A stretch of 64,000 bases of DNA from a virus. Both the position numbers and the translations under genes were made by a program. This document shows, one piece after another, positions 29,375 to 39,604 of this stretch; positions within the stretch are counted from its first letter, which is position 1; each line of letters begins with the position of its first letter. Where the stretch lies: positions 47,143 to 111,142 of the IMG/VR virus record IMGVR_UViG_3300031784_000013; one strand, written 5' to 3'. Under the pieces are notes generated by a model. It saw only the letters and a list, made by a program, of their open reading frames with translations, was not told where the DNA came from and made no database searches.

Positions 29375-30387
29375 TTACTGGAGAAAAAAAGAGAAAGACA
29401 GAACCTTTGAACATTTCAACGATACTATCTAAAATATCTGAGTATGATATATTTAGGTGGTATATGCCAAACAAGAAATGGGAAATAAACAGAGCCACAT
29501 ATTCTCCATTCAGAAACGAATCTCGTCCCTCATTTGCTATTTATTCCAAAGACAATAAACTCTTTTACATAGATCACTCAGATCCTCACTACAGAGGTAA
29601 TTGCTTCAACTTTGTTATGCAATTATTCAATGTTAGCCTTACAGAGTGTTTTGAGATGATTGATAGAGACTTTAACCTAGGAATAAAGAATAACAAGAGG
29701 GAAGATTTACCTGACCACACAGAGATAGTATCTAAATACGAACAGCCTGAGAAATTGGAAAAGAAGTATTCACACATACAAGTGATAACTAGAAAGTTAA
29801 CAAACGAAGAGCTTGCGTATTGGAATGAATACTATCAAGATGTGGAAGATCTGAAGGAAAACAATATCTACTCGATCAAGAAGCTGTATCTGAATAGAAA
29901 AATAATCCACCTCAAAGAAACTGAGTTGAGGTTTGGTTATTTCTATGATGGTCATTGGAAGATCTACAGACCTTTCAATAAAGACTTCAAATGGTTTCCT
30001 AACAACACACCAATCACTACAATGGATGGGAAAGATAATCTTGAACCAGACCAACCTGCTTTCATTAACAAGAGCAAGAAGGACTATATGGTGATGAGAA
30101 AAATCTATCCACACACATGCGCTGTTCAGAATGAAGGTGTTGCTTGCTTCTCTCAAGAGAATGTAGATTATCTAAAACACTACTCAAGCAAACAGATTCT
30201 TTCTTTTGACAGCGATGTGGCTGGTGTGAAGAACTCTAAGATGGTAACAGAGATGTTCAACTTTGACTATTGTAATGTACCAAGGTATTATCTACAAGAA
30301 GGTATCAAAGACTGGGCAGACTTGGCAAAGAAGTATGGACTACAAATTATCGAACACTATTTAAAACAACAATTTATAATACCATGA
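29371..30387 (+). CDS. dnaG: DNA primase (TOPRIM; degenerate Zn finger)
   Basis: SPFRNESRPSF N-terminus, FDSDVAG DxD, KDWAD. Confidence 0.85.
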   Translation: MITGEKKRKTEPLNISTILSKISEYDIFRWYMPNKKWEINRATYSPFRNESRPSFAIYSKDNKLFYIDHSDPHYRGNCFNFVMQLFNVSLTECFEMIDRDFNLGIKNNKREDLPDHTEIVSKYEQPEKLEKKYSHIQVITRKLTNEELAYWNEYYQDVEDLKENNIYSIKKLYLNRKIIHLKETELRFGYFYDGHWKIYRPFNKDFKWFPNNTPITTMDGKDNLEPDQPAFINKSKKDYMVMRKIYPHTCAVQNEGVACFSQENVDYLKHYSSKQILSFDSDVAGVKNSKMVTEMFNFDYCNVPRYYLQEGIKDWADLAKKYGLQIIEHYLKQQFIIP

Positions 30388-30581
30388 ACACAGAAGAAAG
30401 ACTATTAGAATTAAGAAGATGGTGCAGAGAAAAAGCATCACACTGTCCAAAGTTAAAACACGACATCATGGATCTTTATGATCTTGCTGTGATGGAGATT
30501 GAAGATGGGTCATCAGCAACTCATGAAATAAGCCTATGCATGTCAGACGTAGAAGAATTAATCAAAGAAAACTGTAATTAA
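30384..30581 (+). CDS. Hypothetical protein
   Basis: ORF track. Confidence 0.6.
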   Translation: MNTEERLLELRRWCREKASHCPKLKHDIMDLYDLAVMEIEDGSSATHEISLCMSDVEELIKENCN

Positions 30582-30582
30582 A

Positions 30583-31392
30583 ATGTCAAACAAAACTTAT
30601 TCAACAACAAAGTATTTTCTCACAGGTACGGAACTTCCAAAAGAAACAAGAACATACAAGCCTGTTTCGCACGGTCAACTAATTGACCTCACCCTGGAGA
30701 GCATTCATCAAGCAGGATTTAAGCTTGATACAGAAACCTACTCAGCTGCAAGGGAAGGTAATATTGCCAATGGCAAGTTTACTATCAGCAACGTAGCTGA
30801 TAAAGAAATGCAGCTACAGATTGGCTGGCAGAACAGCTATGACAAGAGCTTGAGCTTGAAGTTTGCTATTGGTACACAAATCTTTATTTGCCAGAATGGT
30901 ATGGTGAGTGGTGACTATGGTGCATTTAAGAAGAAGCATCAAGGAGATGTGCAAGAGTTTACACCAGCTGCTATTGTAGAATACATTAAGTCTGCTGGTG
31001 ATGGATTCAGAAAGATGCAGGATGATCGTGAGCTCATGAAGCATGTACAGATTGATGCTCGTGTAACAGCTGAACTTGTAGGAAGAATGATTCTTGAGAA
31101 AGAATTCATTGAGTCTACACAGCTAAACATCATCAAGCGTGAGTTGAGTAAACCAACACATGATTATGGTGCTCCTCAGAGTTTGTGGGAGTTGTATCAG
31201 TACACTACGTATGCTATGAAGGATGTACATCCAACACTATGGATGGGTAATCACATTGATGCTCATGATTTCTTCGTGACAGCCACTGGTGAACTAAAGA
31301 GTAAATCAATTAATATAGGATTTGAAGCGTCTCCAACTAGGAGACAGTTGACAATCTTTGACCAATTACAAGAAGCAGATGTTGTGGGATAA
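30583..31392 (+). CDS. DUF932/DUF945-like protein
   Basis: YKPVSH, NSYDKS, ICQNGM, SLWELY motifs. Confidence 0.7.
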   Translation: MSNKTYSTTKYFLTGTELPKETRTYKPVSHGQLIDLTLESIHQAGFKLDTETYSAAREGNIANGKFTISNVADKEMQLQIGWQNSYDKSLSLKFAIGTQIFICQNGMVSGDYGAFKKKHQGDVQEFTPAAIVEYIKSAGDGFRKMQDDRELMKHVQIDARVTAELVGRMILEKEFIESTQLNIIKRELSKPTHDYGAPQSLWELYQYTTYAMKDVHPTLWMGNHIDAHDFFVTATGELKSKSINIGFEASPTRRQLTIFDQLQEADVVG

Positions 31393-32098
31393 ATTCAAAG
31401 ACTACTTTCATGAGAGCTGGCATGAATCAATTCGTCCATTCATAGAAAGTAAGCAGTGTGATGAAATCTACGCATATCTAAAAGCAGAATCTAGGAGGGG
31501 TAAGAAAATTGCCCCTCTTTCTTCTGATACCTATCGATGTTTTAAAGAAACACCGTTAGATAAGATGAAGGTAGTTCTACTAGGTATGTGTCCCTATCAC
31601 ACACAGTTCAACGGTGTACCAGTAGCAGATGGTTTGTTGATGGGGTGTTCTACTACAGGTAAGTTGCAACCATCTCTAGAACAGTTTTACAATGCTGTAG
31701 AGAAAGATTGTTACAAAGGACTAAATCTGAAATACAAGAAGAATCCTAATGTAATGTATTTAGCAGATCAAGGAGTGCTTATGTTTAACGCAGCTCTCAC
31801 TACAGAGATTAATAAAGCTGGTTCTCATTTGAAAATCTGGGAACCGTTTATCAAACATGTATTTGAGGGACCAATTGCTAATAGCAGAGTGCCAGTGGTA
31901 TTCCTTGGTAAAGAGGCAAGTAAGTTCAAAAGATTTATGGGCCCTTTGACATGGAGTTTTGAGCTGAGTCACCCAGCCAGTGCTTCTTACAAGAACTCTG
32001 AATGGGATTCAGAAGGTGTATTCACTAAGGTGAATAGAATATTACAAGATGAAAAGAAAACACCAATCTATTGGTTGGATGAAGATTTACCATTTTAA
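31358..32098 (+). CDS. ung: Uracil-DNA glycosylase (family 1-like)
   Basis: KVVLLGMCPYH, QGVLMFNAALT, SHPAS. Confidence 0.88.
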   Translation: MTNYKKQMLWDKFKDYFHESWHESIRPFIESKQCDEIYAYLKAESRRGKKIAPLSSDTYRCFKETPLDKMKVVLLGMCPYHTQFNGVPVADGLLMGCSTTGKLQPSLEQFYNAVEKDCYKGLNLKYKKNPNVMYLADQGVLMFNAALTTEINKAGSHLKIWEPFIKHVFEGPIANSRVPVVFLGKEASKFKRFMGPLTWSFELSHPASASYKNSEWDSEGVFTKVNRILQDEKKTPIYWLDEDLPF

Positions 32099-32108
32099 AT
32101 AAACACAC

Positions 32109-32411
32109 ATGTTAACAGAACTAATTAATCCAGAAGACCTAGAGCCAGGAGATGTAATCATCTATCCTTCTCTAACTGAAATGAGAACAGCAAAGATTGT
32201 AAAGAGGCCTACTAAAACTACTAGAACTTATGGTGGTATTCAATATCATTATTATAAGACAACTAGATGTCTAGTAAACGTGGAATATAAACCAATTCCT
32301 GGGCATAATCCACAGAATCGTACATACGGACAGCAACAGTTTAGTATTGACGAGTTCAATGTAACCAAGTATATACGAATTTGTAATCCTGTACTTAAAG
32401 TGATTGGGTAA
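32109..32411 (+). CDS. Hypothetical protein
   Basis: ORF track. Confidence 0.6.
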   Translation: MLTELINPEDLEPGDVIIYPSLTEMRTAKIVKRPTKTTRTYGGIQYHYYKTTRCLVNVEYKPIPGHNPQNRTYGQQQFSIDEFNVTKYIRICNPVLKVIG

Positions 32412-32431
32412 TAATTTTAAATTTTAAAGTA

Positions 32432-34756
32432 ATGATATTAGAAAAGCAAAAAGAAGCAATGATTGTCACTGATGGTGACGAAATGAACGACTCAATTGGA
32501 ATGTCACTAGACTTGGATTCTGCTCAGATTTTGATGCAGATGTTAAGTAAGAATCTTTATTCAGATTCAATAGGCTCAACTATCAGAGAGTGCGCTAGTA
32601 ATGCACTAGATAGCCACAGACGAGCTGGAGTGAAAGATCCAATTGTTGTCAGTCTCAGAATGAACAACAGCCAAAACTATGAATTCTCTGTAGAGGATTT
32701 TGGTGTTGGTCTGAATGATGATGATGTAAAGAACATCATTAGTAAGTATGGTAAGAGTACAAAGCGTAACTCTAATACAGAATTGGGCATGATGGGTCTT
32801 GGCTTCAAGGCCCCTCTTGCTTATTCATCTAGTTTCTATTTCATCTGTCGAAAAGATGGGATAGAGCGTAAGTATATGATGTACGAAGGTGAAGACACAA
32901 ATACTATCGATCGTCTGTATGAAAGACCTACAGCTGAAAGAGATGGTGTTAAGGTGATTGTTCCAGTGAAATGGAGTGATAGAGAACAGTTCTTCAGAAA
33001 GATGAAAGAGCAACTTGCATACTTCGAAGATGTATATTTTGATGCTAATGTAGGTAGTCATGTGATTGATAATAATTTTACAATCTATCGTGGTGAACAA
33101 TTTCAGTATTCTCAGCTAGCAAGTGATGAATATCTTCACATCTGCTTGGACAATGTCTACTATCCAATAGACTTTAGTAAGCTAGAAATTCCTAAGCTAG
33201 AGTTTCCTGTAGCGTTGAGGTTCAGTTTGACAGATGGGATATTCCCTACACCAAACAGAGAAGCAATCAGATATACGCAAGAAGCTAAGCAGATGATTAT
33301 GGATAGGCTTGCAGAGATGTCAGACTTCTTTGTGAACAAGTATAATGATCAGATGACTGCTTGTAAAACTTTTCAGCAAGTAAAGGAGTATTATGACTCT
33401 TCTAAAAGAACTGTTGAGGTTATTCCAGGTGTGAAGTTGAATGTTGGTTATCTTTCTGTATTTAGTAATATCGTAATCAACAAGCCTCAAATGGAAGGTG
33501 TTAAACATCTAGATCTTGAGAAGCTTGTAAAGAATGACGACTATATACTAAAAGAGTATAAGGTGACACAAACTTTCAACAGGGGTAAGTTTAGAGAATC
33601 AAAAGGTAGCTGGGATTCTGATGTACATCTAATGAGCATTAATTTGGACGATAATAAAAATGCTTATTTGTATTCATCAAAGTTATCAGAAACTAAGAAA
33701 GCTTATTTGAGAACAGCTCTACCAACTAACTGGGGTCGCACGTATTATTTCATCAGAAAAAGCACGTCTTTCAAGTTGTTTCCAAAGGCTGGTAACATGG
33801 GTGCCTATGACAACTACTACAAGATTCTTAATCTCAGAGCTATTGATAGAAAGTATTGGAGAGAGGCTATTGTAGAGTTTCAGAAAATCATCGATAGTAT
33901 CACTTCTGGATTTCTTGATTTGGATGCTATAGTTGTTCCAGATAGTTTTCTTCAGACTAGAAGACAGAGCTCTAGTAGAGTGGCTGCAACTAGACGTGAG
34001 AAGATGGATGGTGACATCATCGTTAAAAAGGCTGCTCCTCTAGAAAGATATGTTGAGGGTAAAGAATGCAAGTTTGTTACAGATACATGGAGATTGAAAG
34101 ACATTCCCAAAATGGGAACTCTAGTAGTTTATGGTAGCCATGATGATGCTCCAAAGCTTGATCACGTATATGCTGTTTCACATGGAAAGCAAAAGCTTCA
34201 AGTGATTACACTATCAGCAAGAGAAATGAAAGTGCTAGAAGAGCTAGAGTTTAAAAATGTAATGTCTTATTCAAAATTTATGGAAGGTGATAACAAACCA
34301 TTTAGACGTATTGTCACAGCATATTTGATCAACGAACTATGCCTACAGAATTCCTACTTGTTTGGTAGGACAAACATTCTTAGACAGGTGTCTAAAGAAT
34401 TAGCTGATAGACTAGACGCATTGGATACTTATAAACACAAAAACTACGTTTCTAGTAGCAAATATGTATATGATGCCATGCTTGAAGTAGCTAAGCAGAA
34501 CAACTTGTTTGATCATTCCATTTATTCAGAATATCTAAGTATTAAGACTATTCTTGATAACTTGTATTTCCTGAACACTATATTCTCTATGATTAGAGGA
34601 TCTAGTTACTATGGTGATGGTACAACAGATCAAGTTAGAATTATAGTGGACCTAATGAAATATCACAAAATGAGAGTTAATCTGGAACACTATTCTAAAC
34701 CAAAACTTGAAGAAAAAGTAGAGGAAGAATTATTAGAATCACTTGAAAATCAGTAA
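32432..34756 (+). CDS. rIIA: rIIA-like protein (N-terminal GHKL/HATPase domain)
   Basis: LSKNLYSD...IRECASNALDSH, DFGVGL, YGKSTK, GLGFK, TPNREAI. Confidence 0.85.
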   Translation: MILEKQKEAMIVTDGDEMNDSIGMSLDLDSAQILMQMLSKNLYSDSIGSTIRECASNALDSHRRAGVKDPIVVSLRMNNSQNYEFSVEDFGVGLNDDDVKNIISKYGKSTKRNSNTELGMMGLGFKAPLAYSSSFYFICRKDGIERKYMMYEGEDTNTIDRLYERPTAERDGVKVIVPVKWSDREQFFRKMKEQLAYFEDVYFDANVGSHVIDNNFTIYRGEQFQYSQLASDEYLHICLDNVYYPIDFSKLEIPKLEFPVALRFSLTDGIFPTPNREAIRYTQEAKQMIMDRLAEMSDFFVNKYNDQMTACKTFQQVKEYYDSSKRTVEVIPGVKLNVGYLSVFSNIVINKPQMEGVKHLDLEKLVKNDDYILKEYKVTQTFNRGKFRESKGSWDSDVHLMSINLDDNKNAYLYSSKLSETKKAYLRTALPTNWGRTYYFIRKSTSFKLFPKAGNMGAYDNYYKILNLRAIDRKYWREAIVEFQKIIDSITSGFLDLDAIVVPDSFLQTRRQSSSRVAATRREKMDGDIIVKKAAPLERYVEGKECKFVTDTWRLKDIPKMGTLVVYGSHDDAPKLDHVYAVSHGKQKLQVITLSAREMKVLEELEFKNVMSYSKFMEGDNKPFRRIVTAYLINELCLQNSYLFGRTNILRQVSKELADRLDALDTYKHKNYVSSSKYVYDAMLEVAKQNNLFDHSIYSEYLSIKTILDNLYFLNTIFSMIRGSSYYGDGTTDQVRIIVDLMKYHKMRVNLEHYSKPKLEEKVEEELLESLENQ

Positions 34757-34759
34757 ATT

Positions 34760-34785
34760 AAGGGAGGATTTGATCCTCCCTTTTT
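34760..34785 (+). terminator. Terminator
   Basis: AAGGGAGGAT/ATCCTCCCTT plus T-run. Confidence 0.75.
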
Positions 34786-34817
34786 CATTTAAAACCAAAT
34801 AATTAAAAGCAAAAACT

Positions 34818-36296
34818 ATGTCAATTTTCACACTCGATTGGTTCAAGTCCAACGCAAAAAGAATGCTTGATAATCTAAAGATTGAAGAACAAGCACTAAA
34901 GAATAGCTTACTGAGAAGAGAGCTAGAAACTTCTGAAAAACCGTATGAGAAACTTAAACTTGTGAACGATGTGCTCACAGTTGTTTTGAAAGATGGAGAA
35001 GTGCTATCCAAACCGTCATCAACTATTGATGACTTTGATAACGTAAAGAATGCTAGAAGTGAAGCAGAGATCATTGTTTTGTTCAAGGCCAAGCTCGCTA
35101 GTGAAAGTATGTTGAATGAAGTGAGACAACAGAAAGTTTATGAGAACATCTCTAACAACCTAAGTGTGTTAGGATCGATGCAAGACTTTGATGTTGAAAA
35201 CGGAACTGTAAGACTGAAAGGTATTAACAGAACTATTCCTGAGCTTCTTGTAGAAAAGTTCATTGATGTAATCTCTCTTTACAGAACAGGGGATGAAGTG
35301 CATGATGATGTTTACCAGGATGAAGAGTATTTGTCACTGAAGAGATTCTTCATGTGGTGCTGCTTGAATCCTCGTGCTGAAGTGGCTGATGAGTTGTATA
35401 GATTCCTAGTGGAGAACAGTTTTAGAATAACTAAGCAGGGATTCTTCGTGGCTCTACGCAATGTTGTCACCCTACATGGATCAAACGAACTTGTTAGATT
35501 TGTTAGCGAAACCTACACAAACATCAAGGCTGTATGGAAGAAAAGTCCTAATGACTATCATGTGATTCTTCGTCCTGATGGAAGTTATACATTCATGCAT
35601 TATGATAAGATGTTCACTAATCAGGAAGAGAGATGTCATTCTTGTGGTGGTACAGGAGATGTATGGGATGATGAGGATGAATCATGGGGCTGCTGCTGGG
35701 ATTGCGATGAGACTGGTATGATTAGTCAAAATCGTAAAAACTATGAAGGTACAGACCTAGGTGTTTTAACAGACCTTTATCTAGATCTTCCAAACAGAGC
35801 AGAGAACAGATTCACAGATGATTGGACCAAAACATTTGATATTCGTATTGGTCAAGTGGTTAGTATGCCTATGGATCAGTGTAACTGGTCTACACAGGAT
35901 TGTGCTGCTGCTGGTCTTCACTTCACTGCTGATCAAATTCACTATGTAGGATGTGGTGATCAGTCTGTATTAATGCTCATCAACCCAATGAAGGTTGTTG
36001 GTATTGGTCAGCACAAAGGTAGATGTTATGAGTATTTACCAATCTCCACTGTTCCTAGAGAGGATGCAACAAGAATTCTTCACGACTTAGATTTCTCAAC
36101 TATTGACCTGGATGAGTTCTATGTAGAGAATGAACTAGAATCTCTATCTGAAAGAGCTGAGAAAGCATTTGCTCAAGAGGTTAAGAAGTATGAATTCAAT
36201 CTTCCTTCTATTTCATCTAATGAAATTGGAAGCATTGTTAGCTCTCTAAAGAAGATGAAAGATCAGCTTGGGAGTAGAGTTAAACAAGTTGTGTAA
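34818..36296 (+). CDS. rIIB: rIIB-like protein with Zn-finger insertion
   Basis: Follows rIIA; LNP...LYRFL...ITKQGFFVA; C..GLH; INPMKVV; RCYEY. Confidence 0.8.
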   Translation: MSIFTLDWFKSNAKRMLDNLKIEEQALKNSLLRRELETSEKPYEKLKLVNDVLTVVLKDGEVLSKPSSTIDDFDNVKNARSEAEIIVLFKAKLASESMLNEVRQQKVYENISNNLSVLGSMQDFDVENGTVRLKGINRTIPELLVEKFIDVISLYRTGDEVHDDVYQDEEYLSLKRFFMWCCLNPRAEVADELYRFLVENSFRITKQGFFVALRNVVTLHGSNELVRFVSETYTNIKAVWKKSPNDYHVILRPDGSYTFMHYDKMFTNQEERCHSCGGTGDVWDDEDESWGCCWDCDETGMISQNRKNYEGTDLGVLTDLYLDLPNRAENRFTDDWTKTFDIRIGQVVSMPMDQCNWSTQDCAAAGLHFTADQIHYVGCGDQSVLMLINPMKVVGIGQHKGRCYEYLPISTVPREDATRILHDLDFSTIDLDEFYVENELESLSERAEKAFAQEVKKYEFNLPSISSNEIGSIVSSLKKMKDQLGSRVKQVV

Positions 36297-36379
36297 TTTC
36301 TTCTTAATGTAATAGTTGAGAAAATACTATTATATTAGCCAACAAACTCACATGAGTTTGGTGGAAAAGGATTAAAAAG

Positions 36380-36781
36380 ATGAAGAAAAAACCAGTCAAA
36401 AAGAGAACTAGTGTAAAAGTTAAACCTAGAAATGCTGGAACAATGACAGAGAGTGGCTTCTGGTCATTCATACGAAGTGCTTTGAGACAAAAGTCTAGAT
36501 GGTGGAAGCCTATTACACTCTGCAAAGAGAATGCTAAACGTAGCTATCATGGACCAAACAAAAGACAGAAGTATGAATACCAATGCAACTCCTGTAAAGG
36601 ATGGTTTCCTGCAACATCTATAAATGTTGACCACATTATTCCAGCTGGAAGTCTTCAGAGAGCGAAGGATCTTCCAGAATTTGTTGAAAAATTGTTTTGT
36701 GAAGTGGATAATTTGCAAGTGCTATGCAAAGATTGTCACGATATTAAGACAATTAGTGACATAAAAGAATTGAGTAAATGA
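36380..36781 (+). CDS. HNH endonuclease
   Basis: YQCNSC...VDHIIP...NLQVLCKDCHDIKT. Confidence 0.85.
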   Translation: MKKKPVKKRTSVKVKPRNAGTMTESGFWSFIRSALRQKSRWWKPITLCKENAKRSYHGPNKRQKYEYQCNSCKGWFPATSINVDHIIPAGSLQRAKDLPEFVEKLFCEVDNLQVLCKDCHDIKTISDIKELSK

Positions 36782-36809
36782 TTTATAGATTTGGGTTAAA
36801 CTTGATAAA

Positions 36810-36838
36810 GCCTTCCCTCAATGAGGGGAGGTTTTTTT
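36810..36838 (+). terminator. Terminator
   Basis: GCCTTCCCTC/GAGGGGAGGT plus T-run. Confidence 0.7.
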
Positions 36839-36869
36839 ATTTGCAATTACTAACTAAAATTGTTATTTT

Positions 36870-37109
36870 ATGATATCAATCAACAAGCAACCATCGTTCA
36901 CAGAGATATGGCACGAGGGATATATAGAGCATGATGAAGAAATACATAGGTTCTGGCTTATATATCCACAGGGAGTGGACCTGAATGGAAATGAGTATGA
37001 GCTAGAAGTGAGGTGGTTCTTCCAGAGAGTGCCCAGAGAAGTGAGGGCTATGCATCCATTAATTATTAACGCATTCAAACAAACACTAAATGATACAGGG
37101 ACAAAGTAA
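36870..37109 (+). CDS. Hypothetical protein
   Basis: ORF track. Confidence 0.6.
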   Translation: MISINKQPSFTEIWHEGYIEHDEEIHRFWLIYPQGVDLNGNEYELEVRWFFQRVPREVRAMHPLIINAFKQTLNDTGTK

Positions 37110-38142
37110 AACAGAAGCTAATTACAGAGCTATTCAGACAGATAGCTCATCTTCATTGAAAGAGTTTTCAATGGACAGAAAGAAGTATCACAAGAAGTAT
37201 GTGCTAGGAGAGAATGTTGAAGACAAAGAAAACCAGGCTGCAACTATTGGCAGGCTTGTTGAGACGTTGCTTCTAGAACCTGAGCAGTTTGATAACAGGT
37301 TCTACATGTCTGCTTGTGCAAGCACACCAACAGGACTGATGTTAGACTTTGTGGAAGCTCTTTACAGAGTGACAAAGCAAGCAACAGATGCATTTGGTGT
37401 TGTGACTAGACCATTTGATGAACTAACCAAGGATGCTTATCTAGAAAGTGGGTTCAAGATTAAGATTGAACAGGTAATTAGTAAGTTTGTAGGCACTGAC
37501 GCTGAGGTGTATTACAACGAGATCAGAAAGGTGAGGTCACAGAATCTAACAGTGATTAATAGTAATGATGTCACAAATGCTGAGAAAATTGTGACAGAAT
37601 TGAGAAACAACATTGTCACCAGAGATCTTGTAAACTTGGTCAGTAACACTAGATACACCATCTTGAATCAGTACCAGATAGACTCTTATGTTGTAGATGG
37701 CCACACATTCAAGAGTATGTTTGATAAGCTGATTATTGATCACGATGCTCAGACAGTACAAGTGTATGACTTGAAATGTACATGGAGTGTAGAAAACTTC
37801 TATGATGAATATTATTTGTACAGACGTGCGTATATTCAAGCATATCTTTACTATCGAGCAACTGTTCATCTAGTCACTGATCCAAAGTCAAAGTGGTTTG
37901 GGTATTCTGCAAAGCATCCAGCATTCATTGTCTGCGATAGCACTAACTACTACAACCCACTCATCTACACGCTTACAGAAGAAGACATCAACGATTGTTA
38001 TGTTGGATTCGAACACAAAAGTAGGAGATATCCAGGCGTGAAAGAATTGATTGAGGATCTTGATTGGGCACTTTACAATGGTGTCTGGAACATATCGAGA
38101 ACAAACTTTGAAAATGGGGGACTTGTAAACATTAAAGGATAA
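37090..38142 (+). CDS. PD-(D/E)XK exonuclease (RecE/ExoVIII-like)
   Basis: SSSSLK N-terminus; KSMFDKL...YDLK; Y.IQA.LY. Confidence 0.8.
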   Translation: MIQGQSKTEANYRAIQTDSSSSLKEFSMDRKKYHKKYVLGENVEDKENQAATIGRLVETLLLEPEQFDNRFYMSACASTPTGLMLDFVEALYRVTKQATDAFGVVTRPFDELTKDAYLESGFKIKIEQVISKFVGTDAEVYYNEIRKVRSQNLTVINSNDVTNAEKIVTELRNNIVTRDLVNLVSNTRYTILNQYQIDSYVVDGHTFKSMFDKLIIDHDAQTVQVYDLKCTWSVENFYDEYYLYRRAYIQAYLYYRATVHLVTDPKSKWFGYSAKHPAFIVCDSTNYYNPLIYTLTEEDINDCYVGFEHKSRRYPGVKELIEDLDWALYNGVWNISRTNFENGGLVNIKG

Positions 38143-38705
38143 TGAAGTTAACGAGAAGCATCACTACGCTATTTATGGTAAAACCACTTGGTATAGGCAT
38201 TGAAAGACTAGAAAAGGTGGGATTCATTAATGCTTTCATTAAAGATGTAAGCCATGATTGTATTTATGACAATTGCGTGTATTTGCTTTTCAAGCCCCAG
38301 GATATGGATTTGTTTAGGGATTTCATAGACAGCGAATATGAAAGAACTAATAACATTGTAGAAGATTATGATTACGAAGGTGGTTATGTGGTGGTGGTGT
38401 ACAAACTAGATGAGAATTTTAACAAGGACTATCAACTTGTTAGACAAGGATTGTATTCCAAAACCAGTAAAGACTTTCAAAATTTATTCCCAAAGGTTGT
38501 GAAGATCATGAAGAATGGAAAGCATAGGGATGAGATCTCTTTGCAATACAGAATCTTTAATAGAACTCAGGATCTAATCAACTTTTGGGAAGATAAATTG
38601 GGTATCAAATTCTCTAGTGACCAGGAGGTTTGGGAAGGATTCCACGAAGAAAGAGAAACGTTAAATATCAAAAATATAAAACAACATGTCGAAGTTAGCA
38701 ATTGA
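38142..38705 (+). CDS. Conserved crAss-like hypothetical protein
   Basis: 187 aa; follows the exonuclease; GLYSKTS motif. Confidence 0.65.
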   Translation: MKLTRSITTLFMVKPLGIGIERLEKVGFINAFIKDVSHDCIYDNCVYLLFKPQDMDLFRDFIDSEYERTNNIVEDYDYEGGYVVVVYKLDENFNKDYQLVRQGLYSKTSKDFQNLFPKVVKIMKNGKHRDEISLQYRIFNRTQDLINFWEDKLGIKFSSDQEVWEGFHEERETLNIKNIKQHVEVSN

Positions 38706-39051
38706 AATACTAAATGATTATCCACTAGCTACAGAAACTGCTAGAGATTGGTTTGTAAGAAAAATGATTGAAAGCTTTGAGCAAGACAACGCTCCAGAGG
38801 ATTTCAAGAATCAAATGTTGTCTAGAGGAGTGTCTGACATCACTCTAGCAATCATGCTTGACCAAAGTCCTAGAAACTTCTTCGATCTCTTTGATGATAA
38901 CAAGATTGTCATTGAGATATTAAGAGACACAGACATCAATCCTGATTTATTTTATTACAAGATAAATGGGAAGACACCAGGAACATTCTTTGAAGAAAGA
39001 ATACCTTGTGAGAAGGCTGCTGTAGAAAGGGCTTTTGAGTTACTAAATTGA
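38686..39051 (+). CDS. Hypothetical protein
   Basis: ORF track. Confidence 0.6.
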   Translation: MSKLAIEILNDYPLATETARDWFVRKMIESFEQDNAPEDFKNQMLSRGVSDITLAIMLDQSPRNFFDLFDDNKIVIEILRDTDINPDLFYYKINGKTPGTFFEERIPCEKAAVERAFELLN

Positions 39052-39260
39052 TACATGAGTTTGCAAATCCCATCCCTGTTGTTGTAGAAAATAACAAGGA
39101 TGGGTATGCTCTCTATGTAAGAGATGGTGGAGCATTTGAAAATGATATATGGTGTGTTGTTCTCTGTGATGGAGGGCATGTCAGACATTACATGTCAGAT
39201 CAAATCAGAATTTATGTAAACGCTACATTACAAATAACAAAAGAGAATGGAAACAATTAA
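39048..39260 (+). CDS. Hypothetical phage protein
   Basis: ORF track; ENDIWCVVL motif. Confidence 0.6.
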   Translation: MIHEFANPIPVVVENNKDGYALYVRDGGAFENDIWCVVLCDGGHVRHYMSDQIRIYVNATLQITKENGNN

Positions 39261-39492
39261 AATTCATTGTAAAAAAGATTTCAGAGGAAACATTGATATT
39301 AGAGACTACCTTGTCAAGACTGCGATAGATGAGGGCAAAAGCATAACAGTTACATGTGGATCGTTCCCTGGCAAGAGTGTGTACACACCAGTGGAACTAT
39401 TAGAACCACTAAAGATTAGTGAGCCATATAGGGCTCAGTATGGGAATGTTGGTTCGTACAGACTACACTCCTATGCTTGGAAGTTTGATTAG
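39247..39492 (+). CDS. Hypothetical protein
   Basis: ORF track. Confidence 0.6.
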   Translation: METIKIHCKKDFRGNIDIRDYLVKTAIDEGKSITVTCGSFPGKSVYTPVELLEPLKISEPYRAQYGNVGSYRLHSYAWKFD

Positions 39493-39517
39493 TTAATGTT
39501 AGTGTGTTTTGATTGAG

Positions 39518-39548
39518 AAAGCCCCACGACTTTGTTGTGGGGTTTTTT
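39518..39548 (+). terminator. Terminator
   Basis: AAAGCCCCACGAC/GTTGTGGGGTTTT plus T-run. Confidence 0.75.
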
Positions 39549-39604
39549 AATTGAAAAAGTTAAAAAAATTAATTAAATTCGTTACATCTAAATTCAATTC
39601 AATA

